From contig NC_134029.1 of the NCBI RefSeq assembly GCF_964204645.1, forward strand, positions 7,092,750 through 7,156,749: a stretch of DNA of 64,000 bases. Reading direction: 5' to 3'. Position 1 is the stretch's first letter. The number at the start of each line of letters is the position of its first letter. The position numbers and the translations under genes were made by a program. The notes below the pieces were generated by a model. That model was given only the letters and a program-made list of their open reading frames with translations. It did not search any database and was not told the origin of the DNA. This stretch comes from Tubulanus polymorphus (Eukaryota > Animalia > Nemertea). Below, piece by piece: positions 1 to 14,511 of the stretch.

Positions 1-703
1 TGTAGACCTGTACGCGCGTCTACTTTGGCGGGTGCTCCATCAGCAAACGGATAAAGAGACTGAAATGTGAAAGTATTACAAGCCTGTTCTTTTTTCGGAC
101 GCCTCGGTGAAATAAGGGCGTATATTTACGAGAATGACTTATATCCTGGGGAAATCGAAAAAAAATACCAGGAACAACCGCTTCGTCAGACTGAACCCAG
201 AGGTGTCAATGCATTAACGGCATTTTCTTGATTCACTGAATCACAGTGACGTAGATATACTGTCAAACCGGTGTTATTAATCGCATATCTCTTCACTGTT
301 TTAAGGATGATAACGGATGACACTTTTCGCAGTAAAAGACATGATAAATTGAGACATCTCCATCGGGACGTTGTTCTATCTGACACGTTCGTTACGAAAG
401 GCGCGTAATTAAATTTCTACTTTTAAAAATAGCCCCGACGTATAGTCTACGGTTGTTTTATTCAGTAGAGCGAGGCGTTCGTCTCATCACCCCGGAACTT
501 CCGTCGATGTTACAGGTCACGCTTGCATCCCCAAGGGACCCGAAAAACTACCAACATCACCAAATACGAATGAATAAAATATCAATTTCATCGAAAGAAA
601 AGTCTTTTTTTTCGGTTTGCGAAGTGAAAAGAGCGGCCGATTAAATATAGGGCACTAACCTACTGAAATGTCAAATTTAAGTCAGCGTGACTGCATAGTT
701 ATA

Positions 704-996
704 CAGGGTGTCTCAGAAAATGTGTTACCGAGGCTTTAGGATTAATCATTCATTAAATCAGATTGAAATTAATTTTTTGGAGAGGATGGAATATTGAAAT
801 GCAATGATATATCCTTGCTTGGATGAGCACTTCTTGCGTCTTTTTGAATGGCTATGAAAATGGTCTTGAACCAAAGCAATAAATATTAAAGAATTGTTGC
901 ATCGTGTTTATTGTTAAATGATCACTTGTCATTTAAATTATAGTTAATGAATAGTCAATCTTAAAACTTCGGTAACACATTTTATGAGACACCCTG
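704..996. mobile_element. Tc1/mariner-type MITE
   Basis: ~40-bp imperfect TIRs (CAGGGTGTCTCAGAAAATGTGTTACCGA / TCGGTAACACATTTTATGAGACACCCTG). TA at 702-703; the right-hand TA is displaced to 1109-1110 by a nested insertion. Confidence 0.8.
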
Positions 997-1105
997 GACC
1001 CAGTTCCTTCCACAGTTGTAAGTTAAGATTTGACCCCGAGTTAAAACATTGAAAATGAACTAATCTTAACTCAGAGTTAACTCTCACCCACAACTGAACC
1101 GGATC
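997..1105. mobile_element. Harbinger-like MITE (family A) with CTG target-site duplication
   Basis: TIRs GACCCAGTTC / GAACCGGATC, with CTG on both sides. Internal TTAACTCAGAGTTAACTCT is shared with the copy at 43679-43775. Confidence 0.75.
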
Positions 1106-2970
1106 CTGTATTATTCCGATAAAAGTAACCGTTACACAGCATCAATGAACCAGCTCATTTAATGGATATGTACCAATAGCAAACAATTTCGTTAATTATT
1201 CATGTAATTAATTGTTCCACTCTAATGAGTAGTATGTATAAACGTACATACAATAAAAACCATCAATCTTTGATAGTTGTAACATTGCCGGTTACGTTTT
1301 CCATTCGTAATGCCAAATGAATATTGCCCCCGTTAAGAATCATGGGAACATGTCGATTTTAGTAATTTCATGCCCATATAAAGAAAGATCTATATAGACA
1401 GCTCGAGCCTAGTGCGTATAGAACACTTCCAAAAAAGCTCATTGCCTCAGTAAAAAATTGCAGATGCGGTTATCATTATCGCGGTGACGTCTAATCAATT
1501 ATACTAATTAGCAATTGGTTTTGAACCGAGCTAATTGTTAATGAATCAAATGAAATTGATGTTGTGGGACATATACGGAGGAGACAGACATCTTTTCCGT
1601 GAAATAAACTGTATGACAGGTCCAGGCCGATGATATTGGTGTTTTCTGTTACAGTTTCTCAGTAGGCTAGCATCTAACATTCCCTTCTTCGTCAAAGGAA
1701 AATGAAAACATTGCACTCAAATAGCACAATGAGCATTGACTAAGTTTGATCTATATACCAAATATCAGCACACCTATCGTGAAAACCATAGTATACTAAG
1801 ACATACTTTACTACCAGCCACGACAACACAGCTGCAATTTTTTCTAAAGCTGCTTATTTTCGAAGCCACCTCATTTTGATATACCCGTAAACCAAAATAT
1901 GTCCCCGCGCTTCGAAGTCGAAACATTCTTGTTACGGAATGTTCGGAACTTTTTTTTTACACCCTCAACCCGCTAGGCGCCATGCAGGGCATTCTAAGTG
2001 GGTTCGATGTTTCTTTTTCCCAATGGAGGAGAGACCAGAGAAGAACATTCGACCAAGAAACTCTGTCGCCACCATAAAACCTGAATTGACGAGACCAGTG
2101 ACCGGCGGCTTAGACCACTCGGCCACTGCACCTTTCCAACTTAGTCAATGCTCATATGTTCGGAACTCGGTCTGAGGATATACAAATTGGCCAAGTCACG
2201 ACTTTCACAGATCTGGACAACGACATAACAGAAAGTTTCCGATTCAATGAAATGAAATGCAGTTTGTAATGTTTAGAATTACCATATATGTGACTCAGTA
2301 AATTTGTTATGTACCGTCTCCGTCGGACTTGTTTGTGTGTTCCAGCGACTCGCACGCAAACAGTTTTATAGTATCCTCACGAACGACGTATCGTCACGAA
2401 CTTCGGCTATTATTTGTAAATAAGCAACTTATTTGAGTAAATAAAATGCAAATTGTGGCTAATAAAACCCACTGGTATCGTATAACAGCGTGAATGTCAA
2501 AACTACGGATATGTAGCAATATGTACTTATAAAGCATTGAATTAATACAATTCATACAATCAGCTATTCCTGGACACGTTGACGTTGCAAAAATTAATAA
2601 CCGTACTCAGATTATCGGGTACAATTTGAAAGAGAAAACCCGGATCACCGTTATCAACACTTTAGCCCCTTTGAAGATAAACATATTTTCATCGTAAAAT
2701 GTTCGTTCCTTAGATGAATTCAATTGAGGATTTGTTCGTGGTGTCACGCAAATAAGTTGTCAATAATTCAAAATATCAACACGAGATTGTTCTGCTCCTT
2801 GCTTTGCATATTTAAGCTGTTGAATATGAAACGAAATATTGAGGCTTGTTCCGTTCTTCTAGCGCTGTTTGATTATTGACGCGATGGTGGGCTCTAGAGT
2901 TCATGGTAGCTTTGTAGGTGACTTTTGTCGAGTCAAAATTCGATGTCCCTCGCTAGGTCCCACAGGCCTG

Positions 2971-3078
2971 GAGTCAGTTGCGTAGTCACAGCTAGTTCTA
3001 TAGCCAATCTAACGACTTATGACCATAGTGTTAGAATTTGAGACCACTTATGGATTTAAGTTTCGACTATGCAACTGG
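2971..3078. mobile_element. Harbinger-like MITE (family B), degenerate copy
   Basis: CAGTTGCGTAGTC / GACTATGCAACTG termini. Internal sequence aligns by eye to 35412-35542. Confidence 0.7.
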
Positions 3079-3934
3079 TGGACGTAGCCATAGTAATCAA
3101 TACCACTAAGTTCAGTTACATTAATGTTCGAATATGTGAAATCGGGTCATATCTTTCACATATGAACAATCTTTTATCAAATCCAGAGATAGATTTGACG
3201 ATGCTTTAAAAGACCATTTTAACTATTTTCTGTAACCAGAACACAATCAAATCAAGTAAACAGTAAACCATTATTGAAAAAGGAAAGATACAGATTCGTA
3301 CGGTTAAGAAATAAGTTTCAAAGACAGCGCTATTTTCCTGACACTCGAAATTGTAAGCACATAAAAAGGCCCTAAACGCGAAACAGCATCAATCATCCGA
3401 AATAATTCAACATTCGCTGCCGGCGACATTCTGATAAATCTTTTCATTCTTAGATCACCGTCTTAGTTTATCGTGAAAGGAACGCTTTGCCAGAGCGGCT
3501 TACGATTACATAATTTTATTGACGCCTACGTGTTACATTGAAATCATTCATGGTTGATTTGCATCTTGAACTTTTTAGGTCGATGAATTTCAACAGCAGC
3601 TTTCAGTGACTTGACTTGCGTCATTTTGGATTTCATGAAGCCTTTGGTCGGCGTGGTTCCGTAATTCCGACCAAAACACCCACGATGTCTTTCTTCAAAT
3701 ATCTTATACCACTTATACATTTTCCCAATTTCCAATGCCGTCTTCACGCCCGCGACGTCGGTTTTCTTCATTCGGCTCCTACAGCCTTGTGCATATATAT
3801 TCTATTTTCTTTACAAGTTTCTACAGCCAGGGAATGTTAACTTTGACGCGTAACGCGCGGCGCTATACCTCGGCTAGGATAATCTGCAGAGAACCACTTC
3901 CACCGAGGAACGCGGTTCGTCGAGGGGCGTGCGG

Positions 3935-4206
3935 TCATTCACTGCCTCCTAACTCGCGATTTCAAATGAAGTGAAGCATATACTGAAACTGAAAGCGTGC
4001 GATCCGATTATCTGAGATTAACTAACCAATGAAAATTGGATTACGACTAAAAAAGCTTGAAATCCGTTCGCAACGTGTAAATCTACTGCGGCATTAGATT
4101 GATCGGCGACACGCTTTCTGCTTCTTTTTCGCAAAACTCGAAACTGAGTTAGCCCCGTTATATTTTCAACTGACGCAACCGAAGCTGTTCGTCCGAGAGA
4201 AAAAAG
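3935..4206 (+). other. Candidate promoter and non-coding first exon, possibly of the GPCR (would imply a ~23-kb 5' UTR intron)
   Basis: CpG/GC-rich block 3845-3960, Inr-like TCATTC at ~3935, perfect donor AG|GTAAGT at 4206/4207. I recognised no other coding exon before the GPCR acceptor at 27070. Confidence 0.35.
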
Positions 4207-5227
4207 GTAAGTCAATCAGTTAGAGATGGAATTTATCTAAAAAAGAAAACAGTCTTTTGCGTTGTTTAGTGTTTAGTGAGTTTTCACTGAATTGGTTGAT
4301 TGAAAAAATGGCATTTACCGATTTGAATTTCTACGAGTTAGTAATACCGACGTTTATTGATAGCAACAGTTAACGGAATCCACATGGGTTGCAGAGATGA
4401 GAAGCTTAACTATACATGTTTTCTCTTATACGTTGCTTTTTTTGTGTGTACCTGGTCATCGCTCTTTTTATGTACGAAAACCGGCTCCGAGTTCAAAATG
4501 AAATCCAGCAATACTCGCGGCATGTGATTTGAAAACGAACTAGAAGGGCTAATTTTTTTTCTGTGGATAGTTGCATAACTAAATTAGAACGCGTACAATA
4601 TCTCAGATTTCGAAATTGTTCGCTATATTGATAGAATTAGTGAATTGGATTAAGTTCCTGACTTTCTTCTAATCTCTATTTATAATTCTTAATATAATTT
4701 CTAATCTCTCTTTTCAAGTTTCTTCATATCTCTTAACCGATCTGAACTCGAATACGTCATCCCCTATCTGCGCTGACGATCGTTTGAACTTCCTGTTTTT
4801 CTTCGAGTTTCCTAAGATGATCGAAAGTCCCGCGGGGTTTCTTGTTTATAGCCGCGTGAAGTTGAAATGTAAACAACAGCGGCAAAAAAGAACGTTATGA
4901 AATTGACGATGTTTATAAATGCTTTGAAGAGAAATATGTCGTATCTCGGATATTTCATAGATGATTGATTTCGCTGCTTAAGCTGTTGAATCTTAACGCG
5001 TAGAAACAGTATCTATAAATAATGGTGTTATCGTTTCGACAACAAACATATTCGTGATATCGAAGTCAGGTCGGATACATTTAGCGATCAAAAGCCGTCA
5101 CGTTTCAGACCGAAAGATTCGCACGAATTGATCAATGAAAAAAGAGTGTTCGACTTCATTTTGAAAATTTTCTTTTATTATTTGACAACAAAAAAAACAC
5201 TCTATGAATAATTCATAGATTCAATGA

Positions 5228-5352
5228 AAAAAGGGAGTTCTTTATCTTAAAATGGGGATTGACCCTGTTGTCTATTTGATTGGTAGATTTGGTTTGATTT
5301 TTTTTAAATTTGGTGTCCCTTAAACAAACACCACTACACCTGCCGGGAACAA
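5228..5352 (+). repeat. Dispersed repeat family D, copy 1
   Basis: ATCTTAAAATGGGG...TTTGATTGGTAGATTTGGTTTGATT...ACTACACCTG. Matches 11050-11180 (reverse) and 15170-15292. Confidence 0.65.
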
Positions 5353-6489
5353 AGCTATATCTATCATAATCGTGTAATAATTGAACCAACTTATTGTTTT
5401 CAAGTATAGTGCATGTGCGTCCAGTTTCCCTAGATCTGACGGTTGCAAACGGACGGTTAATTGAAGTAGGAATACTAATTTGAAACTTGGAACTAAACTT
5501 TATTACGTAGATTTCCAAGTTCAAATCATCCTAGGTTTGTCAAACTACTTGTCTTTTCTCCAAATGGATTATGTGATTTCCATGTATTTGAAAATAATCC
5601 GAATTCCCTTGGAACGTACCGATAATCTGAAACAGATGTCTTTATATTTTGCTATTCCACGTTACTGTGTATTACATCATTAGTTCCATCGCGTTAATTG
5701 CTTTTCTGTTGATAACGCAGCAACGGAAAACCTATAACGCCGTTCCGATTCGTCGTGATAACATCTGAACACAGGATCTTCAGCGAAGAATTTCAGTATT
5801 TACAATTTCACACATGACGGCTATAGTGAAGTAAAAACCTATTAAACATCGCTCGGAAATCTGAAAGTTCCGTTCGCATTAACGATGATTTCGTAGCCTG
5901 AAAGTCGATGAAATGCTTTCAGTTCCTTTCCGCCATGACATTCATGTTATATAAATATGATCTACCGACGTTTTATTGATTGAGAACAACAGCTTGTATT
6001 AATTCCGTGTATCGTGATTATTGTCAATGAACATTCATTTACGCTGTCAGAATGCATTTAAATCTGTATAAATCTGTAAATAGATAAGCATATATACATA
6101 CGTTGTTCTGTCATAATCAATATTATAATCTTGAAAGCATGTTATTAGTTAGAAGTTGTTCACTATAGATTAACGGATGGGTCACCACACCTACAGTTAT
6201 AATTAACGGCTTCGTTAAAAGTACTAGCGAGATTAATTTACTTGACTTTTATCCTCTATTGAATTGCACTTCTTTTCGCGGATTAGTTCTAGTAGTGATT
6301 TTATCAGGTGTTAATGCACCGTGTTTTCTTTTGTACAGTACCGAGTCCGTCAACTGCCGTGAAATGTGACAAATGAAAACAATTTTGAAAATAGAATACT
6401 TAAGAATTCAACGCTCTGTGGTGTAGAACTTTTTTTCATGCGCCCACTTTCTGTGTGGAATCAGTTTTGCAAAAAAGTTAAACTTCATT

Positions 6490-6616
6490 GGACCAGTTAC
6501 TCAAAAGTTGGTTAGAGTTAACCAGTGGATATTTGACATAGTGGCAATTAAAAGTTCATTGTTACTATGGAATTTATCTGCCGGTTATTTCTAACCAACT
6601 TTTCAGCAACTGGCCC
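6490..6616. mobile_element. Harbinger-like MITE (family C)
   Basis: TIRs CCAGTTACTCAAAAGTTGGTTAGA / TCTAACCAACTTTTCAGCAACTGG. Relatives at 39086-39211 and 44200-44289. Confidence 0.75.
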
Positions 6617-9600
6617 CATGTTTTCAATTTTCAATGAGGCCAACAATTCAACAAACTTTAATCGTTTTGAACTTACTGGACCCCGGAGGGATTTTGAATA
6701 ATTCAATATGAATCATTGTTGCTAGATTGTCCCATGTCCCTTGAGGAAAATTAATGCCATTCATAGAAGTTCTGATGACTTTGATATTCACGCCAATATA
6801 TGGCGCGGCGTAATTTTACAGCGACAAGATATAACCTTATCAATTTCCAAAGGCAACCTGGAAATCTTTTCGGATCTTCTTAAGTCTCGTAAGTCCCCGG
6901 GATCGCGTGATGTTGAGGCGACAAACATTTTCATTCGCTGCCGGTATACGCTTGTGTACACCGCGGCTGCAATCGACGTGTTTCAGTAGGTTAGTGTGTG
7001 TGCTTAGCCCTCGCTTTACGAGAAACAATGATCGACAAGATGCGCGCGATGACCGGAATTAAGAGCGGGAATTAATAGATGGATCGCATTTACTCGAGTT
7101 GTATACAAACACGGTTGTAATAAAATGCGGATAATCGGTAATGCGAGTTGAGTGATTTGATGTAGAGGCGAATTGTGTCATACCGGCGCGAGCACGAAAT
7201 GGAGGAGTCGGATAACAGTGCGGATCAATTTCCGGTCTGTCGCAAATCCGTTGTTTTATTCAATGTCATGAAATTGAAACTGAAATCTATCTGATTATAA
7301 GCAGTCACATGATCACGCGCGGATCACTCAGGTGATCAAGTTCAAAGCAACTAATTTCCAACGTAGCCGACGATACCAGAAGTCTATAAAATCCAAGCCG
7401 TCCTCCTACATTTAGGTACATTTTCCTATCAGTCAGGAGGTCCCCGATTGATTTATCATGCGCCGAGACGAAGAGAAACCTTTCGAAAAGAAACGTTCAA
7501 TTCGAATCGATGATATCTATTTATCTGATTAGACATTTGCCTTCGTCGGGCCTTGATCGGAGCACATCTGGTGATTGCCAGACTAATGACTCTGGAAATC
7601 ACGGAAGCTTCCACGTTGAATAGATGATTATTAAAAAAAATAGAGTAAATTGGATTACACAAGAAAACATGTTGGTGAATTGACCGTCAGAAAAAAAAAC
7701 AGATAAAGCATGCATGTCTTATCTGAGATCCATTCATATTAGGGTTCCCAAAAGATAGGACATGTGTATAGAAGGATATCTAATATCCCTTATTATCCCT
7801 TAATTAAACAATATCTCTTGATTATCGAATCCAAGCTATTGACATAAACATCATATTACTCGAAACTACATCGATTTCTATCTGCAAAATTGACTTTGCG
7901 TAGCACGTGTTACTATTGCTCTAACAGCTGCCACGCGCGCATAGTCTTGTTAACGAATTTTTGTAAACAGCCTTTTCGTAAGGAACGCGATAGGAGGAAC
8001 TCCACTACAAAGCGAAATACGGCAGCACACAATAGGAATATGAAACGGTCGGGTCGTTTGATTCTGCAGCTTTGAACGCGACGTGCGAGAAACGGAAATT
8101 GAACATTTCAAAGAACAACCAATCACTCAGTCAAGCATCTTATGGCTAAGCGTTTTGATGGCCTCTTAAGATACGTAGAATTTTGCCCGTCTTTGATTGC
8201 CCTTTCTTCGAGCAGATCAGTCGACCGTAGCTCGTGGAACATATCTCTCAAAATATCCGGTTCAAGTATATAAAAATCAAACACACTACAGCTATCTGAA
8301 CAAAAATCGACTGAATACGACGAAAAAGAAATGTATATGTACATAAATATATAGATCTCGTTAGTAATGAAGCGCCCTGGGGACATGAGAGAGAGAAGAA
8401 TATTTTCGGAATTAATTTTGACATAATATCTCGGAATAAAATCACCACCCAAACTAAATTGAAATTATTTTCTTTGAGATATTATGTCAGAATTGATTCT
8501 AATTGGTTTTTATTCAATGGGAATTCCCACTCACTACCTGCGATCCTCGTTAGATTTAAGGAAACTTGAACTTATACAAAAACACCCAGTTATTCAATAT
8601 GAGTATGAACAACTGTCATAGATGGATGCGTATTTCGATTGAGTCATTCATGACCAGAATGACGTTTTTAACGTTTTTGAATCCGGTGAACGAAAAGAAG
8701 TCGTCGAACGTAACTCACACCAGCGAGGTTGATTGCGGAATTCAATTTCTAACCTTCGTAGTACGAAACAATTCCGAAGAATCTTACGCGAATGCGGTGT
8801 GAATTAAATACATTATTCAGTCGAAATAATGTAGAATCGTGGATCTGAATGAATTAATCAACACAGCTGTAATACTCAGAGGAAAACTGTGACGTCGATT
8901 GTTTCACGAATTCAATATTCACGAGGCAAGACTGCAATGTGACTTCTAGACTTGATCGATATTCTGAGAAAGGTCAAACTGTTGATCATTTCGTGTTGAT
9001 TAGGAGGGAATTGATCGCCTGCTTGGGGAATGTGACATGTTCCACTAAATTACCACATCTCACGGTTGTCTTGTTGGTGCGAACGTATTTACTTTTGTCC
9101 GGACAGGTGATTTCGCCCCCGAATTAGTTTTGTAACATGGGTTATAATTCGGCTGCGATTAATACAACTGTACCGAAATTCTAGAAAGAAAATAATGATA
9201 AAAATGAAAATAACAACTGTTTAAAAGATTAATTTCGTGAGGAGGAATTTTTCAACGATTCTATTAGCAGTAAGCCATTATAGAAATTAGTCGCTCTTCC
9301 GAAGTCGCCGTCATATTCGCTTAGCGCGTCATTACACAAAGTGGTTTCGCGCGCTTCACAAGTTCAGCGGAATCTATGCTGGGTTCGTGTCGGCAAATGT
9401 TAGTTCATCATTTTTCTAATTAATCAAGAATAATGTAATAGCATGGAAAAACATTCGCCTTGCTCTTCGACGTATCGTGCCCGGCTGAATCTGTGTAACT
9501 GTTCCGTACGCTCAAGCATACGTTTTCGAAGATGAACGACCTTGAGACATTTCCGGGACGAATCTGATTCATATTTTACATACGAAGGAGAAGACGTGCT

Positions 9601-11049
9601 TATAGTCGAATTATGATTCACTGAAAATTTTAAGGAAAACGTTTTGGAATTTGTAAAAATTCAACCAATTGCGCGGTCACGATATTATGACCTTGACCTT
9701 GTTAATAAATATGGCTACCTCCATGAGTGGAAAGTTGTTGGTCAACTTCAATAGCATGTCTTGACAACGTCTGTTTTGCTCAACTTTAGAAGCGTTCCTT
9801 TCCTTAATCGGCGTTTTACGGCCACTTAACATCTACCTATACATTAGGGCAATTTCAGTAACCTTGTTCCCCCTGAATGACGCAGTTACACACAATTTTG
9901 AGAAATAGCAGATTCTCCTAAATAACTCCGCTGAGACGTGCAACCAGAGACTAAACAGTGGAAACATCATCTCATTTAAGGGGGTATTTTCGATCGGGTC
10001 GATGGAACCGGTAATGCTGCGACGCCATAAAATAGACGTATTGCGCTGAATTTTCGAATAAGCAATAATCCATGGAAAGCGGCCATGTAGCGATTTATGT
10101 ATACTAATCGGTGATTCTCATTTTAGAAGATTAGTTATTCTTTATTTTGATATAATCTCCATATACATGAGCGTATAAATTGGGAAATTTACCCGAGGTT
10201 TGAAAACGAGTTCACGAGTTTTTAAATGTGTATGATAGATTGTTAATCCTTACCGTACGCAAAAATGTATAAATAACACGTCGAAGAGTACAGAAACCTC
10301 GATCTTAAAGCTCAACTTTCTCTTTCTTTATTCTATATATGTTCTTTTCGGTTTATTTTGCACAAGAGATAGAAATTATCAGTCGTAAAAAGCGTTTAAC
10401 GACGAGTCGAGCCGCGGTTCATTTTATCTCACGTGCAACCTGGGATTTCTGTCCTTAAATATTACCGGTTAGTAAATCAAAAAGCCTCGCCGTATAATTC
10501 CATCTTGCGAATAACGGCATGATTATCCGGAGGTCCCCGGGGTCTAATTTACTTTTCGGCGCATTAAGATCCACGTCGTAAAATGCCGGGTCGACTTCGG
10601 AAACGCATTCGCCGGATGAACTTCGATCGCGGGACAAATTTCGAAAACTTGTGTATAAGGCTTGTACCTCGCATACGATAGACATTTTCGTAACGATGTA
10701 TAACAATATATAAAGCTATCCCCACTAATGATAGGTAAGCTCCCTAATGAAACATTTTAGGTATGCAGGTAATGCATAGTTACGTACGATATATCAATGT
10801 TAATCATTTTCATCTGATGGTTAGTAGTGTCCAAACTGACAGTTATACTCGACGAGACAGAGAATTCCTTTGGCGTGGGCCATTTCGAGAATCCTGTCTA
10901 AAGTGGAATACCTGTATTTTTTTCTTATCCGTTTCGATACATTCTTTCCGATGGATTCGGCGATGGACTGTGATTTAGTGATAGTAATATCAGTGAGGTA
11001 TATTTACTTAACGTAAACATATTCTGAGCGAATCGGTAGTCGATGAATC

Positions 11050-11180
11050 GCAAAATCAAACCCCCTGTTTCGCTCCCAGGTGTAGTAGGTTTGTAAGGTG
11101 GGACACCAAACCAATCAAACCAAATCTACCAATCAAAGGAATACGAGGGGACGTACCCTATTTTAAGATCGAGAAAAGAA
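11050..11180 (-). repeat. Dispersed repeat family D, copy 2 (reverse orientation)
   Basis: CAGGTGTAGT...AATCAAACCAAATCTACCAATCAAA...TTTTAAGAT is the reverse complement of copy 1. Confidence 0.65.
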
Positions 11181-13577
11181 AGATGCAAAAATAGGCATGA
11201 AACCCCTCGTAGAAACCCGTAGAGATGTCTGTCGTGAATACGTAACAGTTGCATCTATAGAAGCGGCATACCGGTACTGTGGCTTTTCCCTGCATGTCGA
11301 TTGAAAAGTATGATGCAGTTTTGAGAGTTTAAAAGCCGAAGTTTAATTAGCGAAGATTTGATTGGAAAGGAAGGCGATCGTAGGCAGGCGTATGCTCGTT
11401 AAAGAGGGTGATGGGTATGGTGACCTGACCGTCGGGAATCCGGTAACGGAACGCAGACAGATTCTCCTTTCTGTAGATAATAGATTGGACACACTGTCAG
11501 CCATTTATCAGCGACATTCGATTGGATCAAATCAATTTTACATTTACTGGTATTTAGAATGGCGCGTATCCCTGGCTGCGTAAATCAACCTTGACGCAAA
11601 CGCTGTGCTCGATTTAGGAAATATTCAGATTCTCAACCGATCATTGCTTCGTAAAAAATGTGCATCCGTCCTGGACGAATTGATATTCTACAGCGAAGCG
11701 AACCACCAACCAAGAATCACATTAGCCTTGTCTATATCACATTTCACGACAGCTACGGGTTTTACAATACCCTTAATTCAAAATGTCAATTTGAATTTGA
11801 AATTTCAAATCATCTGAGATTAGTAATTTTCATTGGTTTATACATGACGTCCGCCATCTTCTAATTATTGTCATCGTTCTGGAGCTGAAAAGTAACGTTT
11901 TCCAGATTAAAGAAGAAAAGAAATAAAACTCAGTTGATGACGGATCTGGCTTCAATATACGGAAATCTAAATATCTTTTTGAAATATGGATGTAAGTAAC
12001 AGTTATAGGTCCGAATGTTTGTAGGATGGGTTCGTAAATATTACCAAAAATGATACGAAAATGCTACCGAAGTCTACGACAACATAATGAAATAACTGGC
12101 CTCCGTAAAGCTTTGCATCAGTGTGCGCAGTCCCTTTTTACATGATGCAATGATTTGGATGCTAAATCAGTCGATGAGGGCTCATAAAAACAGGTGAATG
12201 GACCGAGTTACGTCCTGTAGTGCGCCTAATGCCGCTATGTAGGTGGCATGTTGAGACGATATAAGCATGATTGATCATATTCCGGTCGTGCCGCTGGGGA
12301 CATCTTGATCAGTGAAATTGACATTTAACCCGGCCATTATAAGTAACTAAACTAGAAGTTACTGTCGGGAGACTAGTTACATAATTAACATGTCCTTGGA
12401 CCAGTCTGCTGCAGAAGAATGGCATTTGCGAATTGCGCCTTACAAGAAAACCGTGTTCTTGGGCACTCTAAAATGAAGTATCTATAGTTTGACTACTGTA
12501 TGCATAAGTTCATTGTCAAATTAAGCGAGGGATTGCAGAAAACTTTACTGGATTAAATTAATAAGTTTACAGAAGGCACATGATTGCAGTCACGCCCTTG
12601 TATATCGTATTCTGCTTACTAGAACTCGACCAGGCAGTTTTGATTGAACTCATGATACAATGTTGTAGTAATCGAACACCGTTTTCGTAATTATTCCATT
12701 CCAATATGGTAGCTGCATGGCATGTTTTAACCTCGACTAATAAACGCTTCTAAGTTTTAATGCGATTCTCTGCGATGCGATGTGTGGCACACTCTTTGCA
12801 AATATTCGATTAACTACTGTTCCATCGTATCTCCGTCGATGTTTAATTACGGTCGGTATGAAATCTTCGATCGCGTCAACGCCATCACGACGCTTCGTAT
12901 TTTTTGCGGCTCTGATCCTGGCGATCTGAAGATGAAATAAGCGACAAAAATTGGTTCATTTTTTTCGGCGGCGGTATACGTAGCGTTATGATGGATACGT
13001 CCGTCGGGACACGCAAAATACGTAGTGACGTCATCGGTAGTGTTGTTTGAATGCCGCAGCGAAACCCTATTATGGTGAATTCTCGAACAACCTTCGAATC
13101 GAATAGCCAATCTTCAGTGATTGAACTCCTGAAACAATTACCTCCTTTATTTTTGAACAAGTCCTATTGAAATTCTGCCCACGCTATGAGCGACGTTACC
13201 CCGTGTTGTGTGTGCGAAGCGTAAACGCGATCAACATTTAACGAATTGATGGCTTCGATTCATCCGACGATTTGAAAACAAGAAATTCATTGGTGCATTT
13301 GAATACCATCTGTGTTAATCATTTGTTTTTCTTTTAACCAGTCATCTTTATTTGGAAAACAAAAGCGTATATACGAATATATAAAGTTAACTTCGCCTAA
13401 GGTGGCAGTGTAAGGAAGGAAAAATATATATCTAATAAAACTTCAAGGTCAGAAAAAGTATAGTTATCAATGGTTTACAACGTATAAAACATATTACGAA
13501 TAATGGTTCCGACTTGATTGGGCACAAATACATTGAGGCAAAGGTACACATGATGAAAACCGCGTTTGTGCTTAGTC

Positions 13578-14511
13578 TTTAAAACCCTCGTATTTATTGA
13601 CCCACGTAGCAAACTTGCTACATAAATTTTAGGGGCTCAAAAATTGAGGAAGAAGGTGATTACATCCTCTATTAACCATTGTAGCAAATATGGTACATTT
13701 TACTTAGTTCATTCATATGACAACAGATGGCAGCACCTCACAGTGATTACTCTGACAATGAGTGAAGTTTGCTCAATTCACAGGGACCGCGATGCCATTT
13801 TAGCAGCAAATTCAAAATGAAAATTTAGAAGTCCCTTCATGCATAAATATGTCATTATGCATACCATGTAATGTCTAATACTTGTACAACAACTAGGTAT
13901 CTCAAATAAAGTCAAGGATTTAGCGATTGAAGGGGGGTCAAAGTTTCTTGTAGCAAATGTATTACATTGGTAAAAAGCCGAACCCATATGTTAAAAAATA
14001 TTTTTACAGTTTATGAATTTTGTCGGCATTCTTACTTAGACATATTCCTATTAGTTCCAAATAGCATTCTAGTTTGTAATAGTTATCGAAATAAGGTTGA
14101 ATTGAAAATATTATAGTGCATTTTCAGACACTGGTAGGTGAGGGTCTTTTCTGAGCTTATGCTTCCCAGTGTGTAAGAGCCTCGATGAAGTCAACGCCAC
14201 CTCTAAAGAAGCACGTCAAACGTCCATTGCCGACATCCAATATGATAGTGTAGCTATTTCTAGCCTTGATGAAACAAAGTTACATTGTAATAAGTTGGCC
14301 AAATTGGTTCAGTCAGATCAGATGTCCAAATTTTGTTTATAAATCTATGCTTGAGCAACAACTGAAACTATTTTTTGATATTCGTTAAGAAGTTTATGAT
14401 ACTATTGCAATTTTGCATCTGAAAATGATGATGAATTTGAAAGATATTTCCTCAAATTTTTACTTTGTTGACCAATGTAGCAAATTTGCAACATTTCAGA
14501 AACTAGGTTAA
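13578..14511. mobile_element. Probable degenerate non-autonomous DNA transposon
   Basis: A CpG-poor segment inside CpG-rich flanks. TTAA at or near both ends. Recurring palindromic GTAGCAAA-N-TTGC(T/A)AC motif near both ends and internally. Confidence 0.4.
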
